Below are positions 39,896 through 50,060 of a DNA stretch of 64,000 nucleotides, piece by piece. The stretch is from Patescibacteria group bacterium. Its GTDB lineage: Bacteria > Patescibacteriota > Minisyncoccia > Phycocordibacterales > Phycocordibacteraceae. The notes below the pieces were generated by a model. The model saw only the letters and a list, made by a program, of their open reading frames with translations. It searched no databases and was not told where the DNA came from. The stretch covers positions 177,999-241,998 of the forward strand of contig JAIETW010000001.1 of assembly GCA_019744845.1 (NCBI GenBank), read 5' to 3'. Positions within the stretch are counted from its first letter, which is position 1; every line of letters starts with the position of its first letter. A program made the position numbers and the translations under genes.

Positions 39896-41181
39896 CGTAG
39901 TGCAGCAGTTAGTGATTGATGCGCAGAAATAAGCGCAGAGGCGGCATCTCGTCGTCCTGTGGTTATGTTATCAATCATAGCAGAGAAGATAGAGTCGGTA
40001 GTTTGTGGCGCTGGGGAGAGCCATCCAGATGCAATGAGTGCCGCAGGATAGTAGACCTCTGCGAAGCGATCATCGGTCGTCGCGAGTAATTCGCGACGTG
40101 CAGGAGCCATGCCTGCCGCCGCAGCCGTTACTTCCATCGGCGCAGCAAAAGTGAGCGCGACCGCCGTACGGAATGCACCCTGAAAGTTTGCGCTCGCGCG
40201 CGGAATCGCAAGCGCGTACCCAAGTCCATAGGTCTTTGGGGCAACCGTAGTTGCCGGCTGTGGCACTGGTGCCATATCAAAGTCTAGATTGGGGTTAGAG
40301 GAAGAGAGCGTTTCCTGCTCAGACGCATAGCCGACATAGAAGGCCAAATCCCCTGCCAAGAATGCCTGACGTGAGGATGGGAGTGAACGATTCCAGGAGT
40401 AGACCGTCTTCACTGGGTTTGCAAACTGCGTATAGAAGTTAAGGGCAGAAACAGCAGGTGCGTTCCCTGTTGATTCAAGCGTGCCGCCAAGAGTAGAGAC
40501 TGCACGCTCTACATTTCCTTCGCTAATCGTCGTGCCCGCCTGCATAAGCAGGAGTGAAAGAATGCCGCGTGCATTCTGCACGTTTCCATATTCTCCAAAG
40601 GCAATCGCGCTCTTCACAATGCTCTGATCTGGCTGACGAGTGGTGAGGCGCTCTGCCATCGCGGTCACTGCCTCCCAATTGGTCGGTGGTGTCGGGATAC
40701 CCTGTGCAGAGAGCATGGTGCGGTTGTAGTAGAGCACGAGCGGGTCAACCGCAATTGGCATGCCGTAGAATCCTTCCGTTGCGAGGAAGTACTCATGAAT
40801 CGGTGTGTAGGTCGTCCTAAACGTACGCTCAGAAATACTGGTGTATGGAATGAGAGAAAGCTTTGCGACCTGAGAGAGGAGCTGTTCCTGCGTAATGACG
40901 ATGAGGTCAGGGCCATAGCCGGACGCAAGTGCTTCTGCGAGATTAGAATCAATCGCCTCTGCACTCATCTCTACATAGGACACCTCGTTATACTCCTTGT
41001 TGGTGCGTGAAAGGTTTTCAATACCCGCATCAACGGCGCTCTGTGGGAGTGATCCCCAGATTGTCACTGGTCCGACTGGTCCCCCACCGGTCGTACTGCC
41101 ATTAAAGGTGGCAAACAGGAAGAGCCCCATAAGCGCGGCAAGTCCAAACACGACAAGTACGATTATCTGAAAGGGCTTCAT
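39892..41181 (-). CDS. Extracellular solute-binding-protein-like protein (family 1 type), orphan: no permease or ATPase gene adjacent
   Basis: N-terminal anchor, then VTIWGSLPQ...EVSYVEMSAEA, typical of a sugar-type SBP N-lobe. 429 aa. Four-nucleotide overlap with the last pilin-like gene. Confidence 0.5.
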   Translation of the reverse strand: MKPFQIIVLVVFGLAALMGLFLFATFNGSTTGGGPVGPVTIWGSLPQSAVDAGIENLSRTNKEYNEVSYVEMSAEAIDSNLAEALASGYGPDLIVITQEQLLSQVAKLSLIPYTSISERTFRTTYTPIHEYFLATEGFYGMPIAVDPLVLYYNRTMLSAQGIPTPPTNWEAVTAMAERLTTRQPDQSIVKSAIAFGEYGNVQNARGILSLLLMQAGTTISEGNVERAVSTLGGTLESTGNAPAVSALNFYTQFANPVKTVYSWNRSLPSSRQAFLAGDLAFYVGYASEQETLSSSNPNLDFDMAPVPQPATTVAPKTYGLGYALAIPRASANFQGAFRTAVALTFAAPMEVTAAAAGMAPARRELLATTDDRFAEVYYPAALIASGWLSPAPQTTDSIFSAMIDNITTGRRDAASALISAHQSLTAALR

Positions 41182-41708
41182 GGTGCAGTAAAGAGTAAGG
41201 AATAATGATGCGGACCACCGCGGAATGCTTTTACTTTATGAAAGCCGTGATGAATGAACAGTTGTTCAGCATCGTGTTCTGAAATCACATGATCTTTGTG
41301 AGGACCTATGCCGCCATAGGCACCTGCCCAATCAACAACGAGAAGCTTCCCGCCTGACACAAGAATGCGCTTAATCTCCCCTATCGCATCATCCTTCTCA
41401 TTAAGCTGAAAGAGGGTGTTAGAGAGCACCACCGCATCAATGGAGAGGTCCTTAAGCTGAGTACCTCCTGCCTTTTCTACATCTCCCCACACCGTTTCTA
41501 TGTTCTTAAGACCCTTCTCCTCTGCACGGTCACGAATGCACTTCAGAACATCTTCTTGAACGTCTATGGCGTACACACGTCCCTTAGAGCCGACAATGTT
41601 TGCGGCAGCCAATGCGTAGTGTCCACTACCTGCACCAAGATCAGCGACCTTCATGCCATCACGAAGGCCCATCTGAAGAATGTTTGCGACGGGGTCAGCG
41701 AAACTCAT
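41178..41708 (-). CDS. Class I SAM-dependent methyltransferase
   Basis: Motif I VADLGAGSGHYAL, motif post-I VYAIDVQ. Confidence 0.65.
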   Translation of the reverse strand: MSFADPVANILQMGLRDGMKVADLGAGSGHYALAAANIVGSKGRVYAIDVQEDVLKCIRDRAEEKGLKNIETVWGDVEKAGGTQLKDLSIDAVVLSNTLFQLNEKDDAIGEIKRILVSGGKLLVVDWAGAYGGIGPHKDHVISEHDAEQLFIHHGFHKVKAFRGGPHHYSLLFTAP

Positions 41709-41759
41709 TCCTTATAAAATAGCACGCTGTGCCACTTCAGGACGCATAATCAACATTAG

Positions 41760-42254
41760 TCATTCAGATTCATACTTCGCCTGTAGTTTTCGTAACTTTT
41801 CCGTCAACCTATGACGGAACTCTCGCATCTCTGTTGAAGAAAGCTTCAGCTGAAGATCTGCAAGGCGTGCAAGGTTGTATCCCTTCGGTGGGTTAAATAC
41901 ATACAGTGCCTCTGTGCCAGGAATGTGTCGCCATTTTCTTCGCTGATACATTCCCTGTGCTCGCCCCGATTCTTCCCCGATACCGTCTTCTACCACGCCC
42001 ATCTTTCCATGTGCAGTAAGCATGTTCTCAAGCCCATTCATAATCCGACTGGCATGTCCTTTTCCCCGCTGTGCGCTCTCAAAAACATCAAGTCGTAGAA
42101 TGTAATACAGAGGTACGGGTGTACCGTAGTACATAACTTCTGCTGCTCCCAATTCTGTTCCGTTCTCAACGACCGAAAAACGGTGATATCGTCCCTGTTC
42201 GGGACCATCCATTTCTTCTGGGCGAATGTGGGTAAAGGTTCCTTTTTCTTTCAT
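41760..42254 (-). CDS. GNAT-family N-acetyltransferase (probable)
   Basis: QRGKGHASRIMNGLE resembles the acetyl-CoA-binding motif A (Q/RxxGxG/A). Confidence 0.45.
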   Translation of the reverse strand: MKEKGTFTHIRPEEMDGPEQGRYHRFSVVENGTELGAAEVMYYGTPVPLYYILRLDVFESAQRGKGHASRIMNGLENMLTAHGKMGVVEDGIGEESGRAQGMYQRRKWRHIPGTEALYVFNPPKGYNLARLADLQLKLSSTEMREFRHRLTEKLRKLQAKYESE

Positions 42255-42278
42255 AGTGTGTAAGAACCCTTGTTTCCA

Positions 42279-44747
42279 CTAGAGAGCGACCATTGAGGCA
42301 ATGGAGTCGCCTTCACGCATTTTCATAATGCGTACACCCTGCGTCGCGCGTGAGAGAGAAGGAATCTCTCCGGCAGATACACGGATCACCTGACCCTTCT
42401 TAGAGATGACCACAATTTCTTCAGTGGCATCTTCAGATCCCACAAGCACCTTGGCACCAATGATCTCTCCGGTCTTCGGGGTGACGTCTGCAGTCTTGAT
42501 ACCGGACCCACCACGACCCTGCACCTTATATTCATCCATTGAAGTCTTCTTACCGTATCCCTTGGCCATGATGATGAGGAGAGACGCATCCTTTGCGGCA
42601 CCAGACACCACTTCAGCAGAGACAACTTCATCCCCCTTCTTCACCGTCATACCGCGCACTCCTGCAGCCGTGCGACCCATGGCACGCACATCTGCTTCAT
42701 CAAAACGAATGCTCTGACCCTTTGAGGTCACAATTGAAATGCTGTCACCGTCTCCTGCGAGGTGCGCAGAAACCAGCTTGTCAGAACCCTTGAGGTTAAT
42801 CGCAATGATGCCGGAGCGACGTACATCGGCGAAGTTCTTTGCCTCTACTTTCTTCACGACTCCTGCTTCGGTCACCAAAAATACTGAGAGCGCATCACGT
42901 GCGGCACCCTTTGGTACGGCAAGCACGGAGGTCACCTTCTCATCCCCTGCAAGCGGAAGGAAGTTCATGATGCTCTTTCCCTTCGTGGCACGACGTCCTT
43001 CGGGAATGTCATACATCTTAGTCTGATATGCCTTTCCGTAGTCGGTAAAGAAGAGGAGCTCTGCATGCGCCGAGGCACTCAAGAAGTGCGTCACCACATC
43101 CTCTTCCTTGGTAGACATATCAATCACGCCAACACCTCCACGCTTCTGCGCCTTATACTCGCTTGGATTGGTGCGCTTCACATAGCCACCCTGCGTAATC
43201 ACGAGGACGGACTCTTCGTCTGGTACCAAATCTTCTACTGAAATATTCTTCACCCCACCCTTTACGATCTTGGTGCGACGATCATCTCCGTACTTATCCT
43301 TGACCGCAATAAGCTCAGTCTTCACCACATCAAGAATGTTCTTTGCAGAAGAGAGAATCTTCTTAAGCTTCTTGATGAGCTCCTGAATCTCAGTGAGCTC
43401 ATCCTCAATCTTCTGACGCTCAAGACCCGCAAGCGTCTGAAGACGCATCGCGAGAATCGCAGCTGTCTGACGCTCAGAGAATCCAAACTTCTTACGGAGC
43501 TGGAGATCTGCGTCAGGCACATCCTTAGACTTCTTGATGATCGCAATGACTTCATCAATGTGATCAAGTGCCTTGGAAAGACCAAGAAGAATGTGTTCAC
43601 GCTCTTCTGCTTTGCGAAGTTCGTATTCTGTACGACGCTTCACGATCACGCGACGATGCTCAACAAAGTTCTCAAGAATGCTCTTCAATGAAAGGGTCTG
43701 CGGCACGCCGTCCACCAGTGCGAGCATGTTGTAGTGGAAAGTCGTCTCAAGCTCCGTGTACTTGAAAAGATTGTTCAATACTGCCTGAGGATGTGCGGTT
43801 CCCTTCAATTCCACGACGACACGAATATCTTCTGCAGACTCATCACGAAGATCCTTAATACCTTCAAGCTTCTTATCACGCACCAAATCAGCAATGCGAG
43901 TGATCAAGTCCGCCTTGTTCACGCGGAATGGAATGGAGGTGATGATGATAGAAGTGTTCTTCTTATCCTCTACAATTTCTGCGACACCACGACAGACCAC
44001 CGGCCCCTTACCTGAGGCATAGGCATGCTTGATGTCTGTCTGATTGAAGGCAATACCGCCGAGTGGGAAGTCAGGGCCCTGAATGAATTTCAAAAGATCG
44101 TCGGTCGTCGCTTCTGGATCCTCAATAAGATGAATAGAGGCATCGCACACCTCACGCAAATTGTGCGGAGGAATGTTCGTCGCCATACCCACCGCAATAC
44201 CCAGCGTACCGTTCAATAGAAGGTTTGGTGCGGCTGCAGGAAGCACGGTGGGCTCCTTCAAGGTGCCATCGTAGTTTGGATTCCACTCCACCGTATCCTT
44301 ATCAAGATCGGCAAGCATTTCTCCACCCACCTTAGACATCTTTGCTTCGGTGTAACGATAGGCCGCAGGTGGATCTCCATCAATAGAGCCGAAGTTTCCC
44401 TGACCAATCACGAGTGGGTAGCGGGTAGAGAAATCCTGCGCGAGTTTTACCATCGCGTCATACACCGCCACGTCACCGTGCGGGTGATACTTTGCAATCA
44501 CGTCTCCCACCACTGCCGCAGACTTCTTGGTCTTTGCAGTAGGCCCCAGTCCGTTCTCCTGCATGGAGTACAAAATGCGACGATGCACGGGCTTCATGCC
44601 GTCGCGCACGTCAGGAAGTGCACGTGCCGTAATCACTGACATCGCGTAGTCCAGGTATGAGGACCGCATCTCTGCGGTGATTGATTGGTCTATGACGTTG
44701 ACGCGTTCCTCCGGAAGCGGCACCTCTTCTGTCTTCTTCTTCGCCAT
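42279..44747 (-). CDS. gyrA: DNA gyrase subunit A
   Basis: [26 protein letters not shown] and [20 protein letters not shown] (QRDR region). C-terminal beta-pinwheel repeats. Confidence 0.9.
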   Translation of the reverse strand: MAKKKTEEVPLPEERVNVIDQSITAEMRSSYLDYAMSVITARALPDVRDGMKPVHRRILYSMQENGLGPTAKTKKSAAVVGDVIAKYHPHGDVAVYDAMVKLAQDFSTRYPLVIGQGNFGSIDGDPPAAYRYTEAKMSKVGGEMLADLDKDTVEWNPNYDGTLKEPTVLPAAAPNLLLNGTLGIAVGMATNIPPHNLREVCDASIHLIEDPEATTDDLLKFIQGPDFPLGGIAFNQTDIKHAYASGKGPVVCRGVAEIVEDKKNTSIIITSIPFRVNKADLITRIADLVRDKKLEGIKDLRDESAEDIRVVVELKGTAHPQAVLNNLFKYTELETTFHYNMLALVDGVPQTLSLKSILENFVEHRRVIVKRRTEYELRKAEEREHILLGLSKALDHIDEVIAIIKKSKDVPDADLQLRKKFGFSERQTAAILAMRLQTLAGLERQKIEDELTEIQELIKKLKKILSSAKNILDVVKTELIAVKDKYGDDRRTKIVKGGVKNISVEDLVPDEESVLVITQGGYVKRTNPSEYKAQKRGGVGVIDMSTKEEDVVTHFLSASAHAELLFFTDYGKAYQTKMYDIPEGRRATKGKSIMNFLPLAGDEKVTSVLAVPKGAARDALSVFLVTEAGVVKKVEAKNFADVRRSGIIAINLKGSDKLVSAHLAGDGDSISIVTSKGQSIRFDEADVRAMGRTAAGVRGMTVKKGDEVVSAEVVSGAAKDASLLIIMAKGYGKKTSMDEYKVQGRGGSGIKTADVTPKTGEIIGAKVLVGSEDATEEIVVISKKGQVIRVSAGEIPSLSRATQGVRIMKMREGDSIASMVAL

Positions 44748-45086
44748 TTAGAAAGGAATTACGGTTGCCTCAGGCGCGTTTGCATCACTCCGATCAAGCG
44801 TAGAAGAATTCTCTTCTTCAACTATAGAAATAGAGGCACCATTCTGCGTATTCTGGTACATCGCTCCTGCAGCACCCGCAAGATCATCGTATCGGCCAAA
44901 TCCTTCTGCAAAGGAGGCTTCTACTGCTGCAGATTCAGGAGAAGAAATAGAAAGCGCACCGGAAGTAGTGAGCGCAATCATCCATCCCACCGCAACCACT
45001 GCGGTGAAGCCTGCAGCCGCACCAAGTGCGATGCGACGACGAACCTGTTCTGGCTTACTGCGGAGGGTTTCCAAGTAGTCTTTCAT
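44748..45086 (-). CDS. Hypothetical membrane protein
   Basis: 112 aa. One transmembrane helix. Immediately downstream of gyrA. Confidence 0.3.
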   Translation of the reverse strand: MKDYLETLRSKPEQVRRRIALGAAAGFTAVVAVGWMIALTTSGALSISSPESAAVEASFAEGFGRYDDLAGAAGAMYQNTQNGASISIVEEENSSTLDRSDANAPEATVIPF

Positions 45087-45090
45087 AGGC

Positions 45091-45732
45091 TTATGGTGTT
45101 ATCACAATTATATCACCGTCTTTGTCAAGCGCATCCTTTTTCTTGAGGGTAAGCTTGTCGGTCTTTTCTCCTGCCTCCCCTTCCTCTTTAAGGTACGTTT
45201 CAAGCGACTTGGGCTTGCCCATTCCACTCCAGTGAATCGGCACAATGATACGAGGCTCAAGCATCGTAGAAAGCTTTGCGGCATCAGCAGCATCAAGCAC
45301 TCCATCGCCACCGACAGGAACAAAAAGCACATCAATCTCATCAATCCCTTCCTTAGCTTCTGAGGAAAGCGCAGGGTCGGCGAGTGCACCAAGATGTACC
45401 AAGGTCATGCCTTCAAGCTTTACTGCATACACCGTGTTCATTGCTTCGGTCTGTCCCTTTCCAAGTCCGTAACGACTCTTACTCAAAAAGCCCTGCACGG
45501 TCACACCTTTATATTCATATTCACCGGGACCGGTAATCGCAAACGGCTTCTTCTCGCCGTAGGTCACTTCGTCTACTCCGTTCATATCATTATGATTGCG
45601 GGAGACGAGCGCGATGTCTGCACCAAAGCGCACAGAAGGAAGCGTGCCTCCTTTGGAGATTGGATCAAATACAAGAGTCAGGTCACCGAAGGTGACCTTT
45701 ACGCACTGTCCGCCGTGGTGGGTGATGACCAT
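45091..45732 (-). CDS. MBL-fold metallo-hydrolase
   Basis: MVITHHGGQCVKV (H.H.DH-like motif region) and beta-lactamase-fold spacing. Confidence 0.6.
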   Translation of the reverse strand: MVITHHGGQCVKVTFGDLTLVFDPISKGGTLPSVRFGADIALVSRNHNDMNGVDEVTYGEKKPFAITGPGEYEYKGVTVQGFLSKSRYGLGKGQTEAMNTVYAVKLEGMTLVHLGALADPALSSEAKEGIDEIDVLFVPVGGDGVLDAADAAKLSTMLEPRIIVPIHWSGMGKPKSLETYLKEEGEAGEKTDKLTLKKKDALDKDGDIIVITP

Positions 45733-45798
45733 ATTTCCCTATATTATACCGCATTTAATGCGTTTCGTCTCCTGTCTCTACACGATGCTGGAACTTTG

Positions 45799-46035
45799 TT
45801 AACCAAAAGGCGGAACCTGCTCCCAAAAATCGGAAAGTAATCTTTGAAAGCCGGGATTCTTTTTCATCACTAGAGAATAGATAGAAACGATACTAATGGC
45901 CAAGAGCACTACTAATACATAGAATAGATTTGGATCAAATATAAAAGAGAGTATGCCAATTGGGATGGTGGCAATTGAGAGATAAAAAAGACAGGCCGCC
46001 AAAACCAAAAGAAAGCTGTATATCTGTGTCTTCAT
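45799..46035 (-). CDS. Small two-transmembrane-helix membrane protein, hypothetical
   Basis: 78 aa, strongly hydrophobic. Confidence 0.3.
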   Translation of the reverse strand: MKTQIYSFLLVLAACLFYLSIATIPIGILSFIFDPNLFYVLVVLLAISIVSIYSLVMKKNPGFQRLLSDFWEQVPPFG

Positions 46036-46103
46036 TAGATTAGATACTATCGTTTCTTACGCAATCTTACTAGCTGGCTGTCTGGGACGATGTTGGAACC
46101 TTT

Positions 46104-47108
46104 CTAGCCCCTGCAAACCTGGTGAAGCTGATTCTCTAACTCCTGATCAACTAGCGTCTTTTCTACCGTGAGGCCGTATTGAGCGCTTGAGTCACGAACA
46201 ACCTTAGGTGCCAGGTAAAAGCCTTCCACGTTCTCGCAAAGATTGAATTCTTCAATGAAACCCTTAATAGCCGCTCTGAGCTCCTCTGGTGGTTTGCTAA
46301 GTAAACCTACTGCCGCCCCATGTCCAGACCCTATGGTAATTGCAGTGAGTTCTCGAGCATCCGCGTTCATCATTTGGGTCTTGAGTGCCATAACTGCGTT
46401 GCGCAATACTGCGTTCAACAAATACTCTAGATCTTCTGAGTATTCAGCGTGTCGTTCCATAGTACGAATCGCTTCTACAATTTGTTCCTCCGTCATCTGC
46501 CGTGAAGCGGCGATAGCCGGAGCCTCTCTATCTTTGCGAGAAGCAACCGTCGCATCGGTAGGAACTTTGCTTAAAATACCGACCGCTGAAAGAACACCCG
46601 CAATAGCTACTCCACCCGCCGCTCTATTAAAAAATCGGCGAGTCATTGTTCCAGGCTTGCTCAGTTTTTCACCGGCAGTACCTATTCCCACTGCGCCTAT
46701 TCCCCCAAGAATCATAGACGCCATAGAGAGCAGGAGCGCATTAGTCATTCTTTTATCCGGGTGTGGCCGATATATTCGTGTGTTATAGGGAACATCTATG
46801 AGATAGAAGCTTTTTATTTTCTCCATCATTTGCAAATCTTCAAAGCCGTACCCGAAAATCTTGTTGATATTGACTTCACCAGTTCGGAAATCGAGAGAGT
46901 ACGAGAGATCAATATTTCTATAGTCTTCAATCGTTATACCTGTTTCAAGCCCCACTACACGTGCATCTCCAATTTCTTCAGGGAGGTACTGGCGATCATG
47001 CTCAGAGAGAATGACTCTGGTTTGATGACCATTAACGTCTTCAACTGTTCTGACATTTGCCAAACGCAGTATTTCTTGAGGCGTAGAGCGCTGTTCTTCA
47101 AGACCCAT
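46104..47108 (-). CDS. Hypothetical protein with a central Gly/Ala-rich hydrophobic segment
   Basis: 334 aa. No recognisable catalytic motif. Confidence 0.35.
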   Translation of the reverse strand: MGLEEQRSTPQEILRLANVRTVEDVNGHQTRVILSEHDRQYLPEEIGDARVVGLETGITIEDYRNIDLSYSLDFRTGEVNINKIFGYGFEDLQMMEKIKSFYLIDVPYNTRIYRPHPDKRMTNALLLSMASMILGGIGAVGIGTAGEKLSKPGTMTRRFFNRAAGGVAIAGVLSAVGILSKVPTDATVASRKDREAPAIAASRQMTEEQIVEAIRTMERHAEYSEDLEYLLNAVLRNAVMALKTQMMNADARELTAITIGSGHGAAVGLLSKPPEELRAAIKGFIEEFNLCENVEGFYLAPKVVRDSSAQYGLTVEKTLVDQELENQLHQVCRG

Positions 47109-47267
47109 ATGCGGTTAGCAACAGTATACCAATCTGCTGGCCGTCCAGGACTCGAACCCTGGCATCCCTCCTGCCCGCATGCTATAGTCGCCCCCAGTGC
47201 GAGCGTGTGGCCTATGAGCCGCTCCCGGAATAACCCTTAGAGGGAAACCTCTAATACCCGGAAGCGC

Positions 47268-48419
47268 ATGGCGCTGCTTGTCATAAATAGTATGGATGAA
47301 AAGAAAGCGGCAATTCCTGTTGCCACCCTCACCGTAGACCCGGGCCACCCAATGGCAGCGTTTGCTGACCGCATTGAGACCCCGCCTAAGGCAGGAGATT
47401 TGGTAGAAGGCACGATCATCGCTCTTGTGCGCGGTCGCCTCTATGTGGATCTCCCTCCCTTTGGTTCAGGCATCATCTACGGACGTGAATACCTAAACGC
47501 CGCTGATGTGCTTCGTAAGGCAAACCCAGGTGATACCATCACCGCAAAAGTCGTAGACCCATCTGGAAAGGATGGCTACATTGAGCTTTCTCTTAAGGAA
47601 GCACGACAGGCAGCTATCTGGAGCGAGGCTGAGCAGGCTATTGCCTCACAGGCCATTTACAACCTTGAGGTTGAAGAGGCAAACAAGGGCGGTCTTATCC
47701 TTTCATGGCAGGGTATCAAGGGCTTCCTCCCTGCGTCCCAGCTTAATAAGGATCACTACCCTCGCGTACCAGAAGGCGACAAGGAAAAGATCTTTGGTGA
47801 GCTTATGAAGCTTACCGGCAAGACGCTTGCCGTGCGCATCATCACTGCGGATCCTAAGGAAGCAAAGCTTATCTTCTCCGAGCGTGTCGGTGAGGAAGAA
47901 GCAGAGAAGGCAAACCTCGTTGATAAGTACCAGGTAGGCGATGTCGTTGACGGAGAAGTCACCGGCGCCGTTGACTTCGGTGTCTTCGTAAAGGTAGAGC
48001 AGGGTCTTGAAGGACTCGTGCACATCTCTGAGCTTGATTGGGGCCTCGTGGAAGATCCTCGTGTCCTCTTCAAGGTGGGAGACGCCGTACGCGTCAAGGT
48101 GATTGAGATCAAGGACGGAAAGATCTCCCTTTCTATCAAGGCACTTAAGGAGAACCCTTGGAAGACCGCCGCAGAGAAGTACAAGAAGGGTATGGAAATC
48201 TCTGGCGTGATCATCAAGTACAACAAGCACGGCGCACTCGCCTCTATTGAAGAAGGCGTGGCTGGTCTTGTGCACATGAGTGAGTTCGCGTCCCCTGCTG
48301 AGCTTCGCGAGACGCTTGAGCTTGGAAAGAGCTACCCATTTGCGATCAAGCTCTTTGAGCCAAAGGACCAGCGCATGACGCTTGCCTACACTGGCCCAAA
48401 GAAAGCCGCAAAGAAATAA
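47268..48419 (+). CDS. rpsA: S1 RNA-binding-domain protein (ribosomal protein S1-like, four S1 repeats). The true start is possibly the Met near 47352.
   Basis: Four repeated S1 motifs (GDxV.G.V......G.FV). The upstream 240 nt contain a tRNA-like T-arm motif on the opposite strand. Confidence 0.7.
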   Translation: MALLVINSMDEKKAAIPVATLTVDPGHPMAAFADRIETPPKAGDLVEGTIIALVRGRLYVDLPPFGSGIIYGREYLNAADVLRKANPGDTITAKVVDPSGKDGYIELSLKEARQAAIWSEAEQAIASQAIYNLEVEEANKGGLILSWQGIKGFLPASQLNKDHYPRVPEGDKEKIFGELMKLTGKTLAVRIITADPKEAKLIFSERVGEEEAEKANLVDKYQVGDVVDGEVTGAVDFGVFVKVEQGLEGLVHISELDWGLVEDPRVLFKVGDAVRVKVIEIKDGKISLSIKALKENPWKTAAEKYKKGMEISGVIIKYNKHGALASIEEGVAGLVHMSEFASPAELRETLELGKSYPFAIKLFEPKDQRMTLAYTGPKKAAKK

Positions 48420-48433
48420 TCTGTTCTAAAGAA

Positions 48434-48463
48434 AACACCTCGGAGCTCCCGAGGTGTTTTTGT
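48434..48463. terminator. Bidirectional rho-independent terminator between the convergent S1 gene and pth
   Basis: AACACCTCGG-agctc-CCGAGGTGTT perfect 10-bp stem, followed by TTTTTGTT on the + strand and TTTTCTTT on the - strand. Confidence 0.55.
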
Positions 48464-49065
48464 TATCGCGTATTGGCGTGCATCGTTGCCCTCTCAAGTC
48501 CGTCAGTGACAAAAAGCGTTGCGGCTTCTACTCCTTTCTTGAGTGCTTTTTTGAGTGTCGCTTCTTCTGCGGGCGCAAACTTCCCAATCACGAGCTTCAC
48601 CACCCCGTCGTCACTTCCTGGCTTCTTGGCTTGATTCTTCTTCCCTGCCTTAGAGACTCCGATCTTAAGCTGCGCGAATTCCTTGGTCCCAATCGCACGC
48701 ATCACGGACTCTACGCCATGGTGTCCACCTGCACCGCGCCCGAAGGTCATCTTGATCACTCCTAACGGAAGATCAATGTCATCACGCACGACGAGAAGCT
48801 CCGCTGCTGCTTTCTTTGACTTCACAAACGTCTTTGCCGCTTTTCCAGAAGTGTTCATGTATATCTCGGGAAGTGCGAGGAGTGCTTTTTGCTTTCCGAG
48901 CTTTCCTTCAGACACTAGAGAAGGCACGCCTCCTGCTTTGCGGAGGGTGAATTCGGGAAAGTCTTCCTTCTTTGCAAGGAGCTCTACGAGCATGCGGCCT
49001 GCATTGTGACGGGTCTTTTCATATTCTTTACCAGGATTCCCAAGACCGAGGATGACGTAGGACAT
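48463..49065 (-). CDS. pth: Peptidyl-tRNA hydrolase
   Basis: MSYVILGLGNPG...TRHNAG N-terminus. The longer track ORF (to 49224) is a spurious extension. Confidence 0.8.
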   Translation of the reverse strand: MSYVILGLGNPGKEYEKTRHNAGRMLVELLAKKEDFPEFTLRKAGGVPSLVSEGKLGKQKALLALPEIYMNTSGKAAKTFVKSKKAAAELLVVRDDIDLPLGVIKMTFGRGAGGHHGVESVMRAIGTKEFAQLKIGVSKAGKKNQAKKPGSDDGVVKLVIGKFAPAEEATLKKALKKGVEAATLFVTDGLERATMHANTR

Positions 49066-49105
49066 GCGGAGAAGTATATCGTGCTTCAGGGGTATACTGA
49101 TAGTA

Positions 49106-49456
49106 ATGCCTTCAGGAGAACCGTGGAGACCAGGTGTGGAAACCCTCCGCACCAGAGAAAAACAAAAAGAAGACCGGCTGTGGACCACGCTTGAGGGGCT
49201 GGGTATCACCCGCGACGACATCACCCCCGGTCAGAAGAACAGTCAGCCACTCTCACGCATCCTTGAGATAGCGGATCTCCTGCTTCAAGGGAAGTTTCCA
49301 AAAGATATTGCACCGCAGTTTAATCTTGCCGCGACCACCATTCACCACATACGAAACACTCGTTTTAGCTCTCGTCTCCAAAGCCTGATTTATAGGAGAC
49401 AACGAGAAGTACAAGCATCTACGCGGCAAAACGAATCAAAAAGAGCAAAAAGTTGA
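49106..49456 (+). CDS. Possible small HTH-containing protein; weakly supported
   Basis: DIAPQFNLAATTIHHIRN resembles a helix-turn-helix. Start adjusted so it does not overlap the pth start. Confidence 0.2.
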   Translation: MPSGEPWRPGVETLRTREKQKEDRLWTTLEGLGITRDDITPGQKNSQPLSRILEIADLLLQGKFPKDIAPQFNLAATTIHHIRNTRFSSRLQSLIYRRQREVQASTRQNESKRAKS

Positions 49457-49478
49457 CGCGGAAAAAGCGACGCGTACA

Positions 49479-50060
49479 ATGCTCCCAATGTCCTTCTTTG
49501 CTCGCGTGAAAGATTTCACTGGAAACGTGTCAAAAGAAGTTATTCTCCTCGTGCTGCTCGTCGTGTTGATTGTGCTCCCCATTCGCTTTTTTGTTGCGCA
49601 GCCCTTTGTCGTGCGTGGTGAGTCTATGTTCCCTACCTTTGATAACGGGGACTATTTGATTGTGGACGAGATTTCATATCGTCTCAGCGACCCTAAGCGT
49701 GGTGAGGTGGTGGTGTTTAAGTATCCAAACGATCCTTCCGTCTTTTATATTAAGCGTGTGATTGGTCTTCCTGGAGAGACCGTACGTATCAGCCGAGGTG
49801 AAGTGACCGTAGAGAAAGTAGATGGAAGTGAGATTGTGATTCCAGAACCCTACGTGGTCACTGAAGACGCGACCTACACCCTTGAACGCACTCTTGGCAC
49901 CGGTCAGTACTTTGTCATGGGTGACAATCGCCCGAAGAGTTCTGACTCTCGCGTCTGGGGTCCGCTTCCTGAAGAGAACATCATGGGTCGCGCTTTCTTG
50001 CGCCTTCTCCCGTTTGAAGATGCAGAGATCTTCCCGGGTGCAATTCAACAACTGCAATGA
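49479..50060 (+). CDS. lepB: Signal peptidase I
   Basis: Catalytic box VRGESMFPT, YIKRVIGLPGE, and C-terminal GDNRPKSSDSR. Confidence 0.8.
   Translation: MLPMSFFARVKDFTGNVSKEVILLVLLVVLIVLPIRFFVAQPFVVRGESMFPTFDNGDYLIVDEISYRLSDPKRGEVVVFKYPNDPSVFYIKRVIGLPGETVRISRGEVTVEKVDGSEIVIPEPYVVTEDATYTLERTLGTGQYFVMGDNRPKSSDSRVWGPLPEENIMGRAFLRLLPFEDAEIFPGAIQQLQ

Noticed and set aside
47130-47215. Possible tRNA or tmRNA on the minus strand, suggested by a perfect GGUUCGAGUCC T-loop
   Set aside because: A full cloverleaf cannot be folded: there is no 5' acceptor partner for ACGGCCA, and no D-arm or anticodon-arm pairing. No complementary 5' end was found within 400 nt for a tmRNA. It is kept only as a low-confidence finding.
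47703-48277. Two overlapping minus-strand ORFs (190 aa and 173 aa)
   Set aside because: They are antisense to the four-repeat S1-domain gene.
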